A stretch of DNA of 56,060 bases from an uncultured Synechococcus sp. (GCA_913052185.1 CAJXFG010000001.1:1-56060), one strand, 5' to 3'. Positions 39,767 to 51,166 are shown, counted from the first letter of the stretch. Numbers and translations are program-made. Notes: generated from the sequence alone by a model not told the origin.

Positions 39767-40987
39767 TCAGCTCACGTGGATCAAGGCTCTTTCCAGTCGT
39801 GTGAGCAGGGCCTGAATTTCTCTGGCACTGATCACCAGAGCAGGCACCATGCGCACCACCTGAGCACCGGCTGGCACCACCAACAGCTGTTCCTCCAGAG
39901 CGGCTTTGACAACATCCACCGCCGTGATTCCGCAGTCTTCCTTGAGCACGAGGCCCTGAAGCAGACCCCAGCCGCGTGATCCCTCCAGCTGGTCAGGAAA
40001 ATGCTCCACGAGTCGGTTGAGGCCTGCACGAAGCTGCTCGCCCCGTTCACGCACATTGCGCAGCAGATTGCGCTTCTCGATTTCGCTGGCCACCGTCAGA
40101 CAGGCCTGACAAGCGAACGGGTTGCCGCCGAAGGTGCTGGCGTGGTCGCCTGGCTCGAAGACATCAGCATGGTGTTGCACCATCAGCGCTCCAACCGCGT
40201 GGCCACCACCCAGACCTTTGGCCAGGGTGAGCGCATCAGGACGAACACCGAGCTGTTCATACCCCCAGAGGCTGCCGGTTCTGCCCATCCCCACCTGCAC
40301 CTCATCAAAAATCAGCAGGATGTTGCGTTGATCGCAGTGTTCGCGAATCGCCCGCATCACTTCGGGGTCGCCGGGGTTCACACCTCCCTCGCCCTGAAGA
40401 GGCTCGATCAGAACCGCCGCCACCCTTGGGCCGTTCTGTTCAAGACGCTCGAGAAGCTGTTCGAAATCGGCGAGATCGTTGTACCTGAAGAATTCGAAGC
40501 CTTCCACCATGGGCTCAAATCCCTGGTGGTATCTGGGTTGTCCGGTAGCACTCACCGCTGCCAGCGTGCGTCCATGGAAGCTGGCAGCTGCAGTGATGAT
40601 CACGGGGCGTTCGATGCCCCGGCGCAGATGACCGTGCTTCCGCGCCAGCTTGATGGCGGCTTCGTTGGCTTCAGCTCCTGAGTTGCAGAAGAACACGCTG
40701 TCTGCGCAGCTGTTGCTGACCAGCCATTTCGCCAGGGCTTCCTGTTCCGGAATTCGATAGAGATTGGAGACATGCTGGAGCTTGCGCAGCTGACCGTTCA
40801 GGGCCTTGCGCATGGCTCTGTTGCTGTGCCCCAGCGTGCAGGTGGCGATACCGGCCACGGCATCGAGATGGCGCCGACTTTGGTCATCCCAGACCCAGCA
40901 TCCTTTGCCGCGCAGGAGCGAGAGCGCGAAGCGGTTGTAGGTGCCCATCACCGCATCGGATGGGGGCACTGGCGCTGGCTCCACCAT
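39767..40987 (-). CDS. argD: Acetylornithine aminotransferase
   Basis: NSGAEANEAAIKLAR, FHGRT, DEVQVG, AKGLGGG. Confidence 0.93.
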   Translation of the reverse strand: MVEPAPVPPSDAVMGTYNRFALSLLRGKGCWVWDDQSRRHLDAVAGIATCTLGHSNRAMRKALNGQLRKLQHVSNLYRIPEQEALAKWLVSNSCADSVFFCNSGAEANEAAIKLARKHGHLRRGIERPVIITAAASFHGRTLAAVSATGQPRYHQGFEPMVEGFEFFRYNDLADFEQLLERLEQNGPRVAAVLIEPLQGEGGVNPGDPEVMRAIREHCDQRNILLIFDEVQVGMGRTGSLWGYEQLGVRPDALTLAKGLGGGHAVGALMVQHHADVFEPGDHASTFGGNPFACQACLTVASEIEKRNLLRNVRERGEQLRAGLNRLVEHFPDQLEGSRGWGLLQGLVLKEDCGITAVDVVKAALEEQLLVVPAGAQVVRMVPALVISAREIQALLTRLERALIHVS

Positions 40988-41120
40988 GGATCTTCAGAGC
41001 AGTTCCCCGGAGGGAATCAACGACCTGATCATTGTCTCGCAGCATCCCGCTGCTGCGGGGACTCCCAACCCAATCCTCAGCAACCAACAATTCGACGGTG
41101 CCGTAGACCCTGTGGATCAA

Positions 41121-41202
41121 TAGGAGCGGTCGGACTTGAACCGACAAACCCGAAGGCGGCGCATTTTGAGTGCGCTGCGTCTACCAATTCCGCCACGCTC
41201 CC
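41121..41202 (-). tRNA. tRNA-Leu(CAA)
   Basis: Reverse complement GGGAGCG...GCGCA-CTCAAAA-TGCGC...GGTTCAAGTCC...CGCTCCTA. Confidence 0.96.
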
Positions 41203-41252
41203 ACGTGTCCAACTTTAGGGGATCCGGTTCAGTTCACCGTTTCAGGGACTGT

Positions 41253-42551
41253 TCAGGAGCTGCGACGTTCCAGTTGTGCTCCGCTGGCGGTGAGCTTGGC
41301 TTCGATTCCGGCGTAACCACGATCGAGATGGCTCAGCCCGCTCACCTGTGTTCTGCCCTTGGCGACAAGGCCTGCAAGCACCATGGCGGCTGAAGCCCGC
41401 AGATCGGTTCCATTGACAGGGGCTCCACTGAGTGAGGGAACCCCTTCGACCACAGCGGCGTTGCCCTGGACACGGATGGCTGCGCCCATGCGCTGCAGCT
41501 CCGCCACGTGCTGCATGCGGTTTTCATAGATCTTCTCGGTGATCACGCTGGTGCCCTGGGCGGTCGCCAGCAGAGCCATGAACGGTGCCTGCAGATCGGT
41601 CGGGAATCCTGGGAAAGGCTGGGTGGTGATGTCGATTCCCTTGATGGATCCTGGGGTGATCACGATGCCATCGCCATCGATCTCGAGGCTGCATCCACAG
41701 TCGCGCAGTTTCTGAAGCACGGAGCTGAGGTGATCAGGAACCACTGGGGCGACGCGCAGTCTCGAGCGGGTGATGGCTGCCGCCAGCAGGAACGTTCCTG
41801 CTTCGATCCTGTCGGGGATCACTGTGTAATCGCAACCATGCAGCCGCTCCACACCTTCAACGGTGATGGTGGGCCCGCCGGCTCCGCTGACGCGGGCCCC
41901 CATGGCATTGAGCAGGTTGGCCAGATCCTGGACCTCAGGTTCCTGCGCTGCGTTTTCAATGACACTGGTGCCTTCGGCCAGGGTGGCGGCCATCAGGATC
42001 GTTTCCGTTGCACCGACGCTCGGGCAGTCCAGAACAATCGACGCCCCTTTGAGACGTTTGCGATCTCCAGGAACGGTGGCCGAAACAACGCCATGCTCCA
42101 CGGTCACCACCGCGCCAAGTGCTTTCAGGCCGCGGATGTGCTCCACCACAGGCCGCGCACCGATGCGACATCCGCCTGGGAGGGGAACCTTGGCATGGCC
42201 CATGCGGGCCAGGATTGAGCCGATCGCAAAGAAACTGGCCCGCAGTCCGTTGACGAGCTCGTAGGGGGGTTCAGCGCTAGTGAGATCGGAAGCCTTGAGG
42301 TGGATGGTTTCGCTGCGTCGTTGGACCTTCACCCCCATGGAGACAAGAATTTTCTCCATTCCATCGATGTCGGTCAGCGGAGGAACATTGCTGAGAGACA
42401 GTGTGTCTTCCGTCAGCAATGCCGCTGTCATCAGCACGAGAGCGGAATTCTTGGCGCCGCTCACACGAAGCTCCCCGTGCAGCTTGTTCCCGCCTTGGAT
42501 CTCAAGATGTGGCTTGAGAATGTCTTGAGACGCGGGCGCCGCGGCTGTCAT
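41253..42551 (-). CDS. murA: UDP-N-acetylglucosamine 1-carboxyvinyltransferase
   Basis: [29 protein letters not shown]. Confidence 0.97.
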   Translation of the reverse strand: MTAAAPASQDILKPHLEIQGGNKLHGELRVSGAKNSALVLMTAALLTEDTLSLSNVPPLTDIDGMEKILVSMGVKVQRRSETIHLKASDLTSAEPPYELVNGLRASFFAIGSILARMGHAKVPLPGGCRIGARPVVEHIRGLKALGAVVTVEHGVVSATVPGDRKRLKGASIVLDCPSVGATETILMAATLAEGTSVIENAAQEPEVQDLANLLNAMGARVSGAGGPTITVEGVERLHGCDYTVIPDRIEAGTFLLAAAITRSRLRVAPVVPDHLSSVLQKLRDCGCSLEIDGDGIVITPGSIKGIDITTQPFPGFPTDLQAPFMALLATAQGTSVITEKIYENRMQHVAELQRMGAAIRVQGNAAVVEGVPSLSGAPVNGTDLRASAAMVLAGLVAKGRTQVSGLSHLDRGYAGIEAKLTASGAQLERRSS

Positions 42552-42695
42552 CCCTGTTATTACTTGCCGAGTGCTTATTGTGACCAGGATGTCTGAGACC
42601 GTCTAGACGTCCGGCCCCCAAACTGTCTTGACGATTGACGGGATGGGCGAGAGACGATGTCGTATGTTTCACGGGTCGCTTTGCGACGCACGCCA

Positions 42696-42779
42696 GCGGA
42701 TGTGGCGGAATTGGTAGACGCGCTAGTTTCAGGTACTAGTGGCAGCAATGTCGTGGGAGTTCAAGTCTCCCCATCCGCA
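42696..42779 (+). tRNA. tRNA-Leu(CAG)
   Basis: GCGGATG/CATCCGC acceptor stem; CTAGT-TTCAGGT-ACTAG anticodon arm. Confidence 0.96.
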
Positions 42780-43128
42780 TGACAATCAAGCAGAAACCCG
42801 CTTGAGAACTGAAGGGGTTGATTGTTTGTGTGGGTGATTTTCTCCGCTTAAGTGAGTGTCTGAGGCACAAATCCGGCGATTCCATCAATGGCGATTGCGA
42901 GCGTTTGATCGTCCCTTCTGTCTCCTCGAGCGACATCTCTGAGCCCCCTTCTGTGGTTCATCGCAGAGCATCAGCGCGCACAGACTTTGCCTGGATGGGA
43001 TCAGTTGGTGGCGACTGCTACGCAAGGCGCGCCTTGTTGTTGATCACTGCGCTGACAACAGCTGTGTTGCCGCAGTTCAACGCCCTCATCCGAACTATCT
43101 TGATGATGCAAGGCGCCCGCAGCTGCCC

Positions 43129-43377
43129 ATGATTGTTCTGAAAATCTCCAATTCATCGGAGGTTGTGGCTTCCAAGGTTGGAAAGTTTTTGGAAGCGCTG
43201 ACCCCCGACAAGGTTGATCAGGCAGCTGTTGAGGATCAGGTCATCAAGAAACTGGTTGAGAACCTGTCGGCAGAGGGCATCAAGGGAGAGATTGCATCCG
43301 TGAACGGTGTCGATCTCGATGGAAGTGAACTCAGTCTTCACGACGGCTTGAAGGTGCGAAAGCACGCCAGTTTCTGA
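43129..43377 (+). CDS. Hypothetical protein (82 aa)
   Basis: ATG ORF 1 nt upstream of the next gene; protein-like composition. Confidence 0.75.
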   Translation: MIVLKISNSSEVVASKVGKFLEALTPDKVDQAAVEDQVIKKLVENLSAEGIKGEIASVNGVDLDGSELSLHDGLKVRKHASF

Positions 43378-43378
43378 G

Positions 43379-44254
43379 GTGAATCAGGTGCCGGGACTCG
43401 GTGTCGATCTGATCACCAGTCGTCGTAATCCCCTTGTCCGTCGCCTTCGCTCCCTGGCGACGTCGTCAGGGCGTCAACAGGACGGCCATGTTCTGCTCGA
43501 AGGAACACATCAACTTCAGGAGTTGCTGTCATTGCCTCGACGGTTGCCCGAACCGGTCAAGGTGATGGCGACTCCGGCCTGGCTGCAGTCTCACGAGGGT
43601 CTGATGGACCGCCTGGCTGCTGACATTGATCTGCAGCCCATGGCCGATGAAGCCCTCAAAGCGGCCCTGTCCACGGTCAACCCTGACGGGGTCGCCTGCC
43701 TCTGGCCGATCGACGCGCTCCCTCTACCGGCTGAGGCTCCGTCATTTGTTCTTGCACTGGATCGTGTGCAGGATCCGGGCAATGTGGGCACTTTGCTGCG
43801 CACGGCACTGGCGGCGGATGTGGAGGAGGTCTGGTTTGCCGCAGGGGCTGACCCCCTTGCTCCGAAAGTGACGCGTTCCGCGGTGGGAGCGGTGCTGAGA
43901 CTGCCGCTGCGACGTTTTGGGCCCACCGATGCCGTGGGCGTCGAGCAGTTGGCCGACCAGCTCAGCACAGCCCGTGAGCGCGGTCTTCAGGTGGTGGCAA
44001 CCCTGGTGCCTGACTCCGCTGCGGGGATGCCGGTGATTCCTTACTGGCAGCTGGACTGGTGTCGCCCCACCGTGCTGGTGCTCGGCAATGAGGCATCCGG
44101 ACTGCATCCATCGCTTCGGGCCTGCTGCAGCCATGGGGTCACGCTTCCCCACAGCGGGCAGGTGGAGTCCCTGAATGTCGCCTCCGCAGCTGTTCCTCTT
44201 CTTTTGGAACGCCGACGGGCGACAATGACTGCCTCCATGCAGCAGTCCGGGTGA
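43379..44254 (+). CDS. SpoU/TrmH-family RNA methyltransferase
   Basis: ITSRRNP, QDPGNVGTLLRT, LGNEASG, VESLNVA. Confidence 0.92.
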   Translation: MNQVPGLGVDLITSRRNPLVRRLRSLATSSGRQQDGHVLLEGTHQLQELLSLPRRLPEPVKVMATPAWLQSHEGLMDRLAADIDLQPMADEALKAALSTVNPDGVACLWPIDALPLPAEAPSFVLALDRVQDPGNVGTLLRTALAADVEEVWFAAGADPLAPKVTRSAVGAVLRLPLRRFGPTDAVGVEQLADQLSTARERGLQVVATLVPDSAAGMPVIPYWQLDWCRPTVLVLGNEASGLHPSLRACCSHGVTLPHSGQVESLNVASAAVPLLLERRRATMTASMQQSG

Positions 44255-45699
44255 GCGACGCCAGTTTCGACTTCGATGTGATCGTGATCGGTGCCGGTTA
44301 TGGCGGTTTCGATGCAGCCAAACATGCCGCCGATCACGGCCTGAAGGTGGCGATCATCGAGTCCCGCGACATGGGCGGGACCTGCGTCAACCGAGGATGT
44401 GTTCCGTCCAAAGCTCTGCTGGCAGCCTCAGGCCGTGTGCGCGAGCTGGCCGACGCGCAGCATCTCTCCAGCTTCGGCATTCATGCGGCTCCTGTTCGGT
44501 TTGAGCGACAGAAGATCGCTGATCACGCCAATCAACTGGTGGCCACAATCCGCAGCAACCTCACCAAGACTCTGGAAAGAGCTGGTGTCACGATCATTCG
44601 CGGCCAGGGACGCCTTGAGGCTGCGCAGAAGGTTGGAGTCCGCGAAATCAGCGGTGTTGACAGGACCCTCTCTGCCCGTGATGTGATCCTTGCGACCGGC
44701 TCAGATCCCTTTGTGCCGCCTGGGATCGAAACGGACGGACGCAGTGTGTTCACCAGCGATGAGGCGGTCAACCTGGAATGGCTGCCCCGCTGGATCGCCA
44801 TCATCGGCAGTGGTTATATCGGCCTCGAGTTCGCTGACGTCTATACAGCGCTCGGCTGTGAAGTCACCATGATCGAGGCTCTCGACAGGGTGATGCCCAC
44901 CTTTGATCCAGACATCGCCAAGCTTGCTGCACGCAAGTTGATTGATGGTCGCGACATCGATGCCCGTTCAGGTGTCCTGGCGAAGTCGATCAAGCCTGGC
45001 GCACCCGCTCAGATCGAACTGGTCGACATGCAGACCCGTGAGCCTGTCGAGACTCTCGAGGTTGATGCAGTCCTGGTGGCCACCGGTCGGGTGCCCAGCA
45101 GCAAAGGCCTCAACCTGGAGGCCTTGGGTGTGGAAACCAACAGGGGGTTTGTTCCCATCGATGACGGCATGCGTGTTCTTGCCGCTGGTCAGCCCGTGCC
45201 TCATCTCTGGGCTGTTGGCGATGTGACCGGCAAGCTGATGTTGGCCCATACCGCTGCCGCTCAGGGCACGGTGGCGGTCGACAACATTCTCGGTCACAAC
45301 CGAGAGATCGATTACCGCAGTATTCCCGCGGCGACATTCACGCACCCCGAAATCAGTTCCGTTGGGCTCAGCGAAGCCGATGCCAAACAGCACTCCGTGG
45401 ATCAGGGTTTCGAGCTGGGAGTGGTGCGCAGCTACTTCAAGGCCAACTCCAAGGCTCTGGCGGAACTGGAGAGTGACGGCCTGATGAAGTTGCTCTTCAA
45501 CAAGGTCACCGGTGAAGTGCTCGGTGCCCATATCTATGGTCTCCACGCCGCTGACCTGATTCAGGAGGTCTCCAATGCGGTGGCCCGTCGTCAGAGTGTG
45601 CGCCAGCTGTCGACCGAGGTGCATACCCACCCAACCCTCAGTGAAGTGGTTGAAGTGGCCTACAAGCAGGCCGCCGCTTCCCTCACCCCTGCTGCCTGA
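44251..45699 (+). CDS. lpdA: Dihydrolipoamide dehydrogenase
   Basis: GAGYGG, GGTCVNRGCVPSK, HPTLSE. Confidence 0.96.
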   Translation: MSDASFDFDVIVIGAGYGGFDAAKHAADHGLKVAIIESRDMGGTCVNRGCVPSKALLAASGRVRELADAQHLSSFGIHAAPVRFERQKIADHANQLVATIRSNLTKTLERAGVTIIRGQGRLEAAQKVGVREISGVDRTLSARDVILATGSDPFVPPGIETDGRSVFTSDEAVNLEWLPRWIAIIGSGYIGLEFADVYTALGCEVTMIEALDRVMPTFDPDIAKLAARKLIDGRDIDARSGVLAKSIKPGAPAQIELVDMQTREPVETLEVDAVLVATGRVPSSKGLNLEALGVETNRGFVPIDDGMRVLAAGQPVPHLWAVGDVTGKLMLAHTAAAQGTVAVDNILGHNREIDYRSIPAATFTHPEISSVGLSEADAKQHSVDQGFELGVVRSYFKANSKALAELESDGLMKLLFNKVTGEVLGAHIYGLHAADLIQEVSNAVARRQSVRQLSTEVHTHPTLSEVVEVAYKQAAASLTPAA

Positions 45700-45720
45700 T
45701 CACCTCCCCCCATCCCTGTT

Positions 45721-46605
45721 ATGGAGATTCGTCGTCGTCCACCCAACCCCAAGGTTCAGGTGGCTCATCTCGAATATGCAATTCCTCACAAGGAGAGTGA
45801 GCCCCGCAACATTCTGGAGAAGATCGTCTGGGAAAAAGACCGGGAAATCGAAACAGCTCGTCAGCGTATGCCGCTGGTCAAGCTGAAAGCGCGTGTGGCC
45901 GAACTGCCCAGCGCAAGGGATTTTCTCGGTGCTCTGCGAGCTGCTCCCGTTCTTCCGGCCGTGATCGCCGAGGTGAAAAAAGCCAGTCCCAGCAAAGGGG
46001 TGATTCGGGAGGATTTCGATCCCGTCGCGATTGCGCAGTCCTATGTGGCGGGTGGTGCCAGTTGCCTGTCGGTGTTGACGGACAAGACCTTTTTTCAAGG
46101 TGGCTTTGATGTGCTGGTTGCGGTCCGTGAAGCCGTGGATGTTCCGTTGCTCTGCAAAGACTTCATCCTCAGCCCCCATCAGCTGTATCAGGCCCGTGCC
46201 GCGGGTGCTGATGCCGCCCTGCTGATTGCTGGAATTCTCACGGATCAGGATCTCTCTTATCTGCAGAAAGTGGCGGCTGCAATTGGACTCACGGTGCTGG
46301 TGGAAGTCCATGATCCGGCTGAAATGGAGCGGGTTCTCGCTCTCGGTGGTTTTCCGTTGATCGGAGTCAATAATCGGGACCTCGCCAGTTTTGAGACCGA
46401 CCTCGCCACGACAGAGAAGTTGGCCGAGCAGTTCCAAGACCGCTTGAAGGAGCAGGGCACCCTGCTGGTGAGTGAGTCGGGCTTGTTTGTTCGAGCCGAC
46501 CTCGATCGCGTGCAGTCCGCCGGCGCTTCCGCGGTGTTGGTGGGAGAAGCTCTGATGCGTCAGCAGAATGTGGAGCAGGGTCTGCGCACACTGATCTCCG
46601 GTTGA
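45721..46605 (+). CDS. trpC: Indole-3-glycerol phosphate synthase
   Basis: [33 protein letters not shown]. Confidence 0.97.
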   Translation: MEIRRRPPNPKVQVAHLEYAIPHKESEPRNILEKIVWEKDREIETARQRMPLVKLKARVAELPSARDFLGALRAAPVLPAVIAEVKKASPSKGVIREDFDPVAIAQSYVAGGASCLSVLTDKTFFQGGFDVLVAVREAVDVPLLCKDFILSPHQLYQARAAGADAALLIAGILTDQDLSYLQKVAAAIGLTVLVEVHDPAEMERVLALGGFPLIGVNNRDLASFETDLATTEKLAEQFQDRLKEQGTLLVSESGLFVRADLDRVQSAGASAVLVGEALMRQQNVEQGLRTLISG

Positions 46606-46606
46606 T

Positions 46607-46984
46607 TCAGTTCCTGGCGGTTGTCAGCTCTGTTGCAGGAATCACAGCAGTCACTTCACCGATCACAAGCTCCAGCGGAACCTGTCCAAAGTGCCGGCTG
46701 TCTGTACTGGCCTCGGGGTTATCGCCTCGGAGCTCAAGCAGCTGACCCTGCGAACGCCAAACACGTTTCGTCAGTACCAGGTTTGCGTTGCCTGGATGAC
46801 GACACACCACAACGGTTCCATCAGGGGGTGACTGGGCACCTTTGGCCAGCACCTTCACAATCAGGCGCTGCTTCGGCTGAAGACCAGGGAGCATGGAACA
46901 TCCCTCAACCTGGAACAGCTTTCTTCTTCCCAAAAAAAACAGCAGCAGGTCCTTGAAACCTGCTGCTGGAAGTGGAGTGTTCAC
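46607..46984 (-). CDS. sodX: Ni-SOD maturation peptidase (S26-like)
   Basis: VEGCSMLP (Ser), TKRV (Lys), GDNPEASTDSRHFG; directly downstream of sodN. Confidence 0.9.
   Translation of the reverse strand: MNTPLPAAGFKDLLLFFLGRRKLFQVEGCSMLPGLQPKQRLIVKVLAKGAQSPPDGTVVVCRHPGNANLVLTKRVWRSQGQLLELRGDNPEASTDSRHFGQVPLELVIGEVTAVIPATELTTARN
46932..46968 (-). terminator. Intrinsic terminator downstream of sodN, within the predicted sodX 5' region
   Basis: Perfect 11-bp stem (46940-46950/46958-46968), 7-nt loop, then T8 on the minus strand. Confidence 0.75.
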
Positions 46985-47010
46985 TGCGATTCAGCCAGGC
47001 GCAGATGCGC

Positions 47011-47484
47011 TCAGGATGCCGTCACCCAGGCGTCGCTACGCCCTTTGGATTGCCAGAACATGCCATGGATTTTCTCGACGGCAGCCATCAGTTCTTCGGC
47101 CTTGCCCTGATCGATGTTGACCTTGCAGGCACTGCAAAGCTTGGCGGCCTTCCAGAAGGTGTCGTGCAGATCGGGGAAGCTGGCGAGGTGATCGGGCTTG
47201 AAGTAATCCGTCCAGAGGATCATCAGTTCCTTCTTCGCCTTGGTGGCCTCTTCCTCCTTGATCGCGACGTAACGCGAGAAGGTGTTGTTGTAAGTGGCGA
47301 GGGCTGCTGCATCACCTGCAGCGGGTGCTTCCATGCCCTTGAGCTTCTTGGTCATTGAGAGAACAGCTTCCGCTGCTACGCGGGCGGAAGCCGGGTCATA
47401 GACCCCACAAGGACCGTCGCAGTGGGCTTGTGCTGCTTCAGCGGGTAGTGCGCGAAAAATGGCTGGGAGTGCCGAGCGGAACAT
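47011..47484 (-). CDS. sodN: Nickel superoxide dismutase precursor
   Basis: Leader followed by the Ni-hook HCDGPCGVYDP; ILWTDYFK. Confidence 0.97.
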   Translation of the reverse strand: MFRSALPAIFRALPAEAAQAHCDGPCGVYDPASARVAAEAVLSMTKKLKGMEAPAAGDAAALATYNNTFSRYVAIKEEEATKAKKELMILWTDYFKPDHLASFPDLHDTFWKAAKLCSACKVNIDQGKAEELMAAVEKIHGMFWQSKGRSDAWVTAS

Positions 47485-47527
47485 GTGGGTTGATGGTCAA
47501 CTGCCGTCCGCTCAGCCTAACTGGCAC

Positions 47528-48130
47528 TCAAGACTTGATGTCGAGCAGCTCCACTTCGAAAATCAGTGTTGCGTTCGGCGGAATGACACCGCCTGCACCA
47601 CGCGTCCCGTAGCCGAGTTCAGGGGGGATCACAAGCTTGCGCTTGCCGCCCACTTTCATGCCCTGGACACCTTCATCCCACCCTTTGATCACCTGGCCCC
47701 GTCCGAGGGGAAAGGTGAAGGGCTTGCCACGGTCGTAGCTGGCGTCGAACTGTTTCCCGTTCTCCAGCGTTCCGCGGTAATGCACCACAACGGTTTGCCC
47801 GGCGACGGCTTCAGCTCCGGTGCCCACCTCCAGGTCGGTGATGCGCAGGCCACTGGCCAGGATCTGGCTTTTCTCGGCGCTCATCGGGCCTCCCAGCGCG
47901 GAGGCGTCGGCTTGATTGGAGTCAGGGGCCATGGCGAAAAGGGTGGGGTTGGTCTCTTCTGGATCCAGTTCCATCGGACTGGATGTGGTGTTTGGACCAG
48001 CGGTCTGGACAACGGCAGGCTGAGCTGCTGGAGCTGCCGCGATCACGGTGGATGGAGCCACGATCTGGCTCACCAGAGCCACGATCAGGCAGGCCACACA
48101 GACTGCTGAGCTGATCAGAATGTCGCGCAC
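47528..48130 (-). CDS. FKBP-type peptidyl-prolyl isomerase
   Basis: [36 protein letters not shown]; start uncertain. Confidence 0.95.
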   Translation of the reverse strand: MRDILISSAVCVACLIVALVSQIVAPSTVIAAAPAAQPAVVQTAGPNTTSSPMELDPEETNPTLFAMAPDSNQADASALGGPMSAEKSQILASGLRITDLEVGTGAEAVAGQTVVVHYRGTLENGKQFDASYDRGKPFTFPLGRGQVIKGWDEGVQGMKVGGKRKLVIPPELGYGTRGAGGVIPPNATLIFEVELLDIKS

Positions 48131-48165
48131 TGAGGGTCTGTTCATTCCATCCGATTCTGGCAGGC

Positions 48166-48495
48166 TCATTCCTGTCGATCACGCTGACGCAGCTGTTGCT
48201 CCAGTCGGTCGATCCGACCACGGAGTTCGTCCAGTTCCTTCTGGCTTGCCAGACCGAGGTCCTGAAGAAGGTTGTCGCGATTGCGTTCCAGATTGCGTCC
48301 CATCTGCTGTTCAAGCTCCGGTGTTTCACCGCGCAGAGCTTTCAGAACGTCATCCACGAGGGCAGAGGCGTGACTTGCATCCAGGCGTCCGCTGCTCACC
48401 CATTCCTGGGTCACGTAGCGAAGACGGTCGGCCACCAGGGTGGTTGTTCCCAGACCACGGAGCAGCAGTTGCTGGAGGGGGTTGGCGGTCTCCAT
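48166..48495 (-). CDS. Phasin-like coiled-coil protein
   Basis: LLRGLG...[20 protein letters not shown]. Confidence 0.7.
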   Translation of the reverse strand: METANPLQQLLLRGLGTTTLVADRLRYVTQEWVSSGRLDASHASALVDDVLKALRGETPELEQQMGRNLERNRDNLLQDLGLASQKELDELRGRIDRLEQQLRQRDRQE

Positions 48496-48549
48496 CGAGA
48501 ATCGCGGTTCAGTCTGATTTCAGGATGACGGCATCCAAAGGGGCTGACC

Positions 48550-50073
48550 ATGGGCAATGACCGATCCCTGTTGATGGTCAGGGGGCTGATCGGGGGTGTT
48601 CTTGCAGGACTTGGTCTCTGCCTCTCCGGCCCGTGGTGGATGGTTCCTGCCCTGGCGTTGTTGTGGTCGATCGTTCGATCGCCTCTGGCGGCGTCACTCT
48701 GGGCTGGAGTGGCTGTTGCCATCAGTCATCGCTGGTTGATTGCCCTGCATCCCCTGACCTGGCTGGGGGTGCCGGCCCCTCTGAGTCTTCCTCTGGCGAT
48801 GGGGGTCTGGTTGGCCTGCGTCCTGGCCGCAGCTCTGCTGGTGGCGGCATGGAGTTGTCTGGCGCGCTGGTTGCCTGGCCGCTGCGGCATGCGCCAGGCC
48901 CTGGTTCTCTCTCTGGTTTGGGGCCTGAGCGAGACACTGCTCGCCAGGTGGCCTCTTTTCTGGATTGGGGTCGGAGGTAGCGCGCTCCCGGGGGACCGCT
49001 GGCTGGCCGGTCTGGCCGGTTGGTTCGGTGCAGGGGGTCTGGCAACCATTCAGCTGCTGCTGGGTTGGTGGCTTTGGCAGCTGTGGTCCGTGGCCCGCTC
49101 AGAGCCAGGCCAGCGTTGGCGCCTGCTGCGTTGGGGTGTTCTTGCTCTGGTTGTTGTCCATGGTCTGGGTGTGGTGGCCTTGATCGGATCCGTCGATCGC
49201 AGAACAGATCACAGCGAAGCCTCCCTGCCTGTTGCCCTCTGGCAGACGGCGATTCCCACCCGTGAGAAGTTCAGCGATCGGCGCCAGGCGGAGCTGCCTG
49301 AGCGGTTGCGTCAGGTCATGGACAGCGCTCAGAGCGGAGGTGCCGAGCTGCTGATTGCTCCGGAGGGGACGCTTCCTCTGAAGTTCCCGTTTGCGGAGGA
49401 CCGGGGGATCCCTCTGATCAGTGGTGGCTTTCGGTTTGTGGGGGGGCAGCAGCGCAGCTCCCTGCTGCTGCTGGCCTCCAGTAGGCAAGGGACGTCGAGC
49501 AGCATCGATAAGCATCGTCTGGTTCCTCTTGGGGAATGGATGCCTTCCTGGCCTGCTCTGGCCGGCTTGTCCGCGGTGGGAGGACTGCAGCCCGGCGAGC
49601 CCTCCAGGTTCTGGCGCTGGGGTGGCCCGCCGGCGGCGGTGGCCATCTGTTACGAAATCAGCAATGGGTCCGCCCTGGCCGCGGCGGTGGCGGATGGTGC
49701 GCAATGGATCCTGGCTGCGGCCAACCTCGATCCCTATCCGCTGCTGTTGCAGAGGCAGTTTCTGGCTCTTGCGCAACTGCGCAGCCTGGAGACCGCCAGA
49801 CCACTGCTGTCGGTGGCCAATACCGGGCCGACAGCCCTGATTGCCGACAGGGGGGTGGTGGAAGCGCAGCTGCCCGCCATGCGTCCTGGGCTGCTGCCGG
49901 TGCAGCTGGATCCCCAGCAGGGCCGAACGTTGTATGTGCTCTGGCGCGACTGGCCGCTCTGGGTGCTGCTGCTGGTGGCGGTGGTGAGCCTCTGGATCAG
50001 ACCGAGGCCTGGATCAGGCCTCCGCCCAGCACGGATTCGCCTTCGTAAAACACCGCCGCCTGTCCAGGGGTGA
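48550..50073 (+). CDS. lnt: Apolipoprotein N-acyltransferase
   Basis: Multiple TMs; nitrilase triad [16 protein letters not shown]. Confidence 0.9.
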   Translation: MGNDRSLLMVRGLIGGVLAGLGLCLSGPWWMVPALALLWSIVRSPLAASLWAGVAVAISHRWLIALHPLTWLGVPAPLSLPLAMGVWLACVLAAALLVAAWSCLARWLPGRCGMRQALVLSLVWGLSETLLARWPLFWIGVGGSALPGDRWLAGLAGWFGAGGLATIQLLLGWWLWQLWSVARSEPGQRWRLLRWGVLALVVVHGLGVVALIGSVDRRTDHSEASLPVALWQTAIPTREKFSDRRQAELPERLRQVMDSAQSGGAELLIAPEGTLPLKFPFAEDRGIPLISGGFRFVGGQQRSSLLLLASSRQGTSSSIDKHRLVPLGEWMPSWPALAGLSAVGGLQPGEPSRFWRWGGPPAAVAICYEISNGSALAAAVADGAQWILAAANLDPYPLLLQRQFLALAQLRSLETARPLLSVANTGPTALIADRGVVEAQLPAMRPGLLPVQLDPQQGRTLYVLWRDWPLWVLLLVAVVSLWIRPRPGSGLRPARIRLRKTPPPVQG

Positions 50074-51166
50074 TCGAGAACTGGGGCGCGTCAAAAGTCA
50101 GTTGGCAGCGATGGGGGCGTTGCCCGGCGATGTCGGCCTCGCTGGCCTCGATGCAGGTGAGCTGGGCCATCACCGGTGCGCTGCGGTAGCGCACCTGCAC
50201 CTCCACTCTGCGGCTGAAGCCTGGAGCAGGTGGTGCGATGGACACCCAGTTGATGGCTCCCACCTCACAGCACCCACGACCTGCCTCGGCCCTTGGCGCC
50301 ACCACCACACGGTTCATGGCCGCATCCAGACGGACGACATGCAGAGGTTCACTCCAGGCCACACCCAGACCCCTGCGCTGGCCGATCGTGAAATGTTCGA
50401 TGCCGTCGTGATGTCCCACCACGGTGCCGTCCTGAAGGGTGATGTCTCCCTCTCGCGGTGGCAGATAGGCGTCGAGGAAGGCACGCATCGAGCCGTGATG
50501 ATCCGCCAGGCAGAGGTCCTGACTCTCAGGCTTCTCGGCGGTGCGCAGGCCATGGCGCCCCGCTTCCTGACGGGTCTCCGGTTTGGTGAGTTCCCCCAGA
50601 GGAAACACCACGCGTGAGAGCACGTCCTGGTTGAGGTCGTAGAGGAAATAGCTCTGGTCCTTGCGTGTGTCCAGACCCCGTAACAGCTTCCAGCGTCCTG
50701 TGCTGTCATCCAGGCGAATGCGGGCGTAATGCCCTGTGGCCACACGCTCAAGCCCCCTTTCCTGTCGAGCCCAGTCGAGCATCGGGCCGAATTTCACCGC
50801 CCGGTTGCAGCGTGAGCAGGGCAGGGGTGTGATTCCCGCCTGGTAGCCCTCAATCAGGCCTTCGACGATTTCACGCGCGAAGTTGTCGCGTGAATCCACG
50901 ATGTGATGGGGAACTCCCAGTTGTTCGCAGATTCCCGCCGCATCCACCAGGCCTTCGGCACAACAGGCCCCTTTGCCGCTCATCAGCCAGAGCGTGAGTC
51001 CTTCCACCTCCCAGCCTGCTTCCACGAGCAGGGCTGCGGTCAGGGAACTGTCGACGCCTCCTGAGAGCCCCACCGCCACGCGGTGTTCACCCGGCCAGTC
51101 CTGCAGGCGCTCGAGGGCCTGGGCACCGGCTGACGTGGCGGCAATGCTGGGCGTCGCTGCCGACAT
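49997..51166 (-). CDS. mnmA: tRNA 2-thiouridine synthase
   Basis: [33 protein letters not shown]. Confidence 0.96.
   Translation of the reverse strand: MSAATPSIAATSAGAQALERLQDWPGEHRVAVGLSGGVDSSLTAALLVEAGWEVEGLTLWLMSGKGACCAEGLVDAAGICEQLGVPHHIVDSRDNFAREIVEGLIEGYQAGITPLPCSRCNRAVKFGPMLDWARQERGLERVATGHYARIRLDDSTGRWKLLRGLDTRKDQSYFLYDLNQDVLSRVVFPLGELTKPETRQEAGRHGLRTAEKPESQDLCLADHHGSMRAFLDAYLPPREGDITLQDGTVVGHHDGIEHFTIGQRRGLGVAWSEPLHVVRLDAAMNRVVVAPRAEAGRGCCEVGAINWVSIAPPAPGFSRRVEVQVRYRSAPVMAQLTCIEASEADIAGQRPHRCQLTFDAPQFSITPGQAAVFYEGESVLGGGLIQASV

Noticed and set aside
42818-43132. 104-aa plus-strand ORF after tRNA-Leu
   Set aside because: TTG start, no motif, and it overlaps the likely promoter of the next gene
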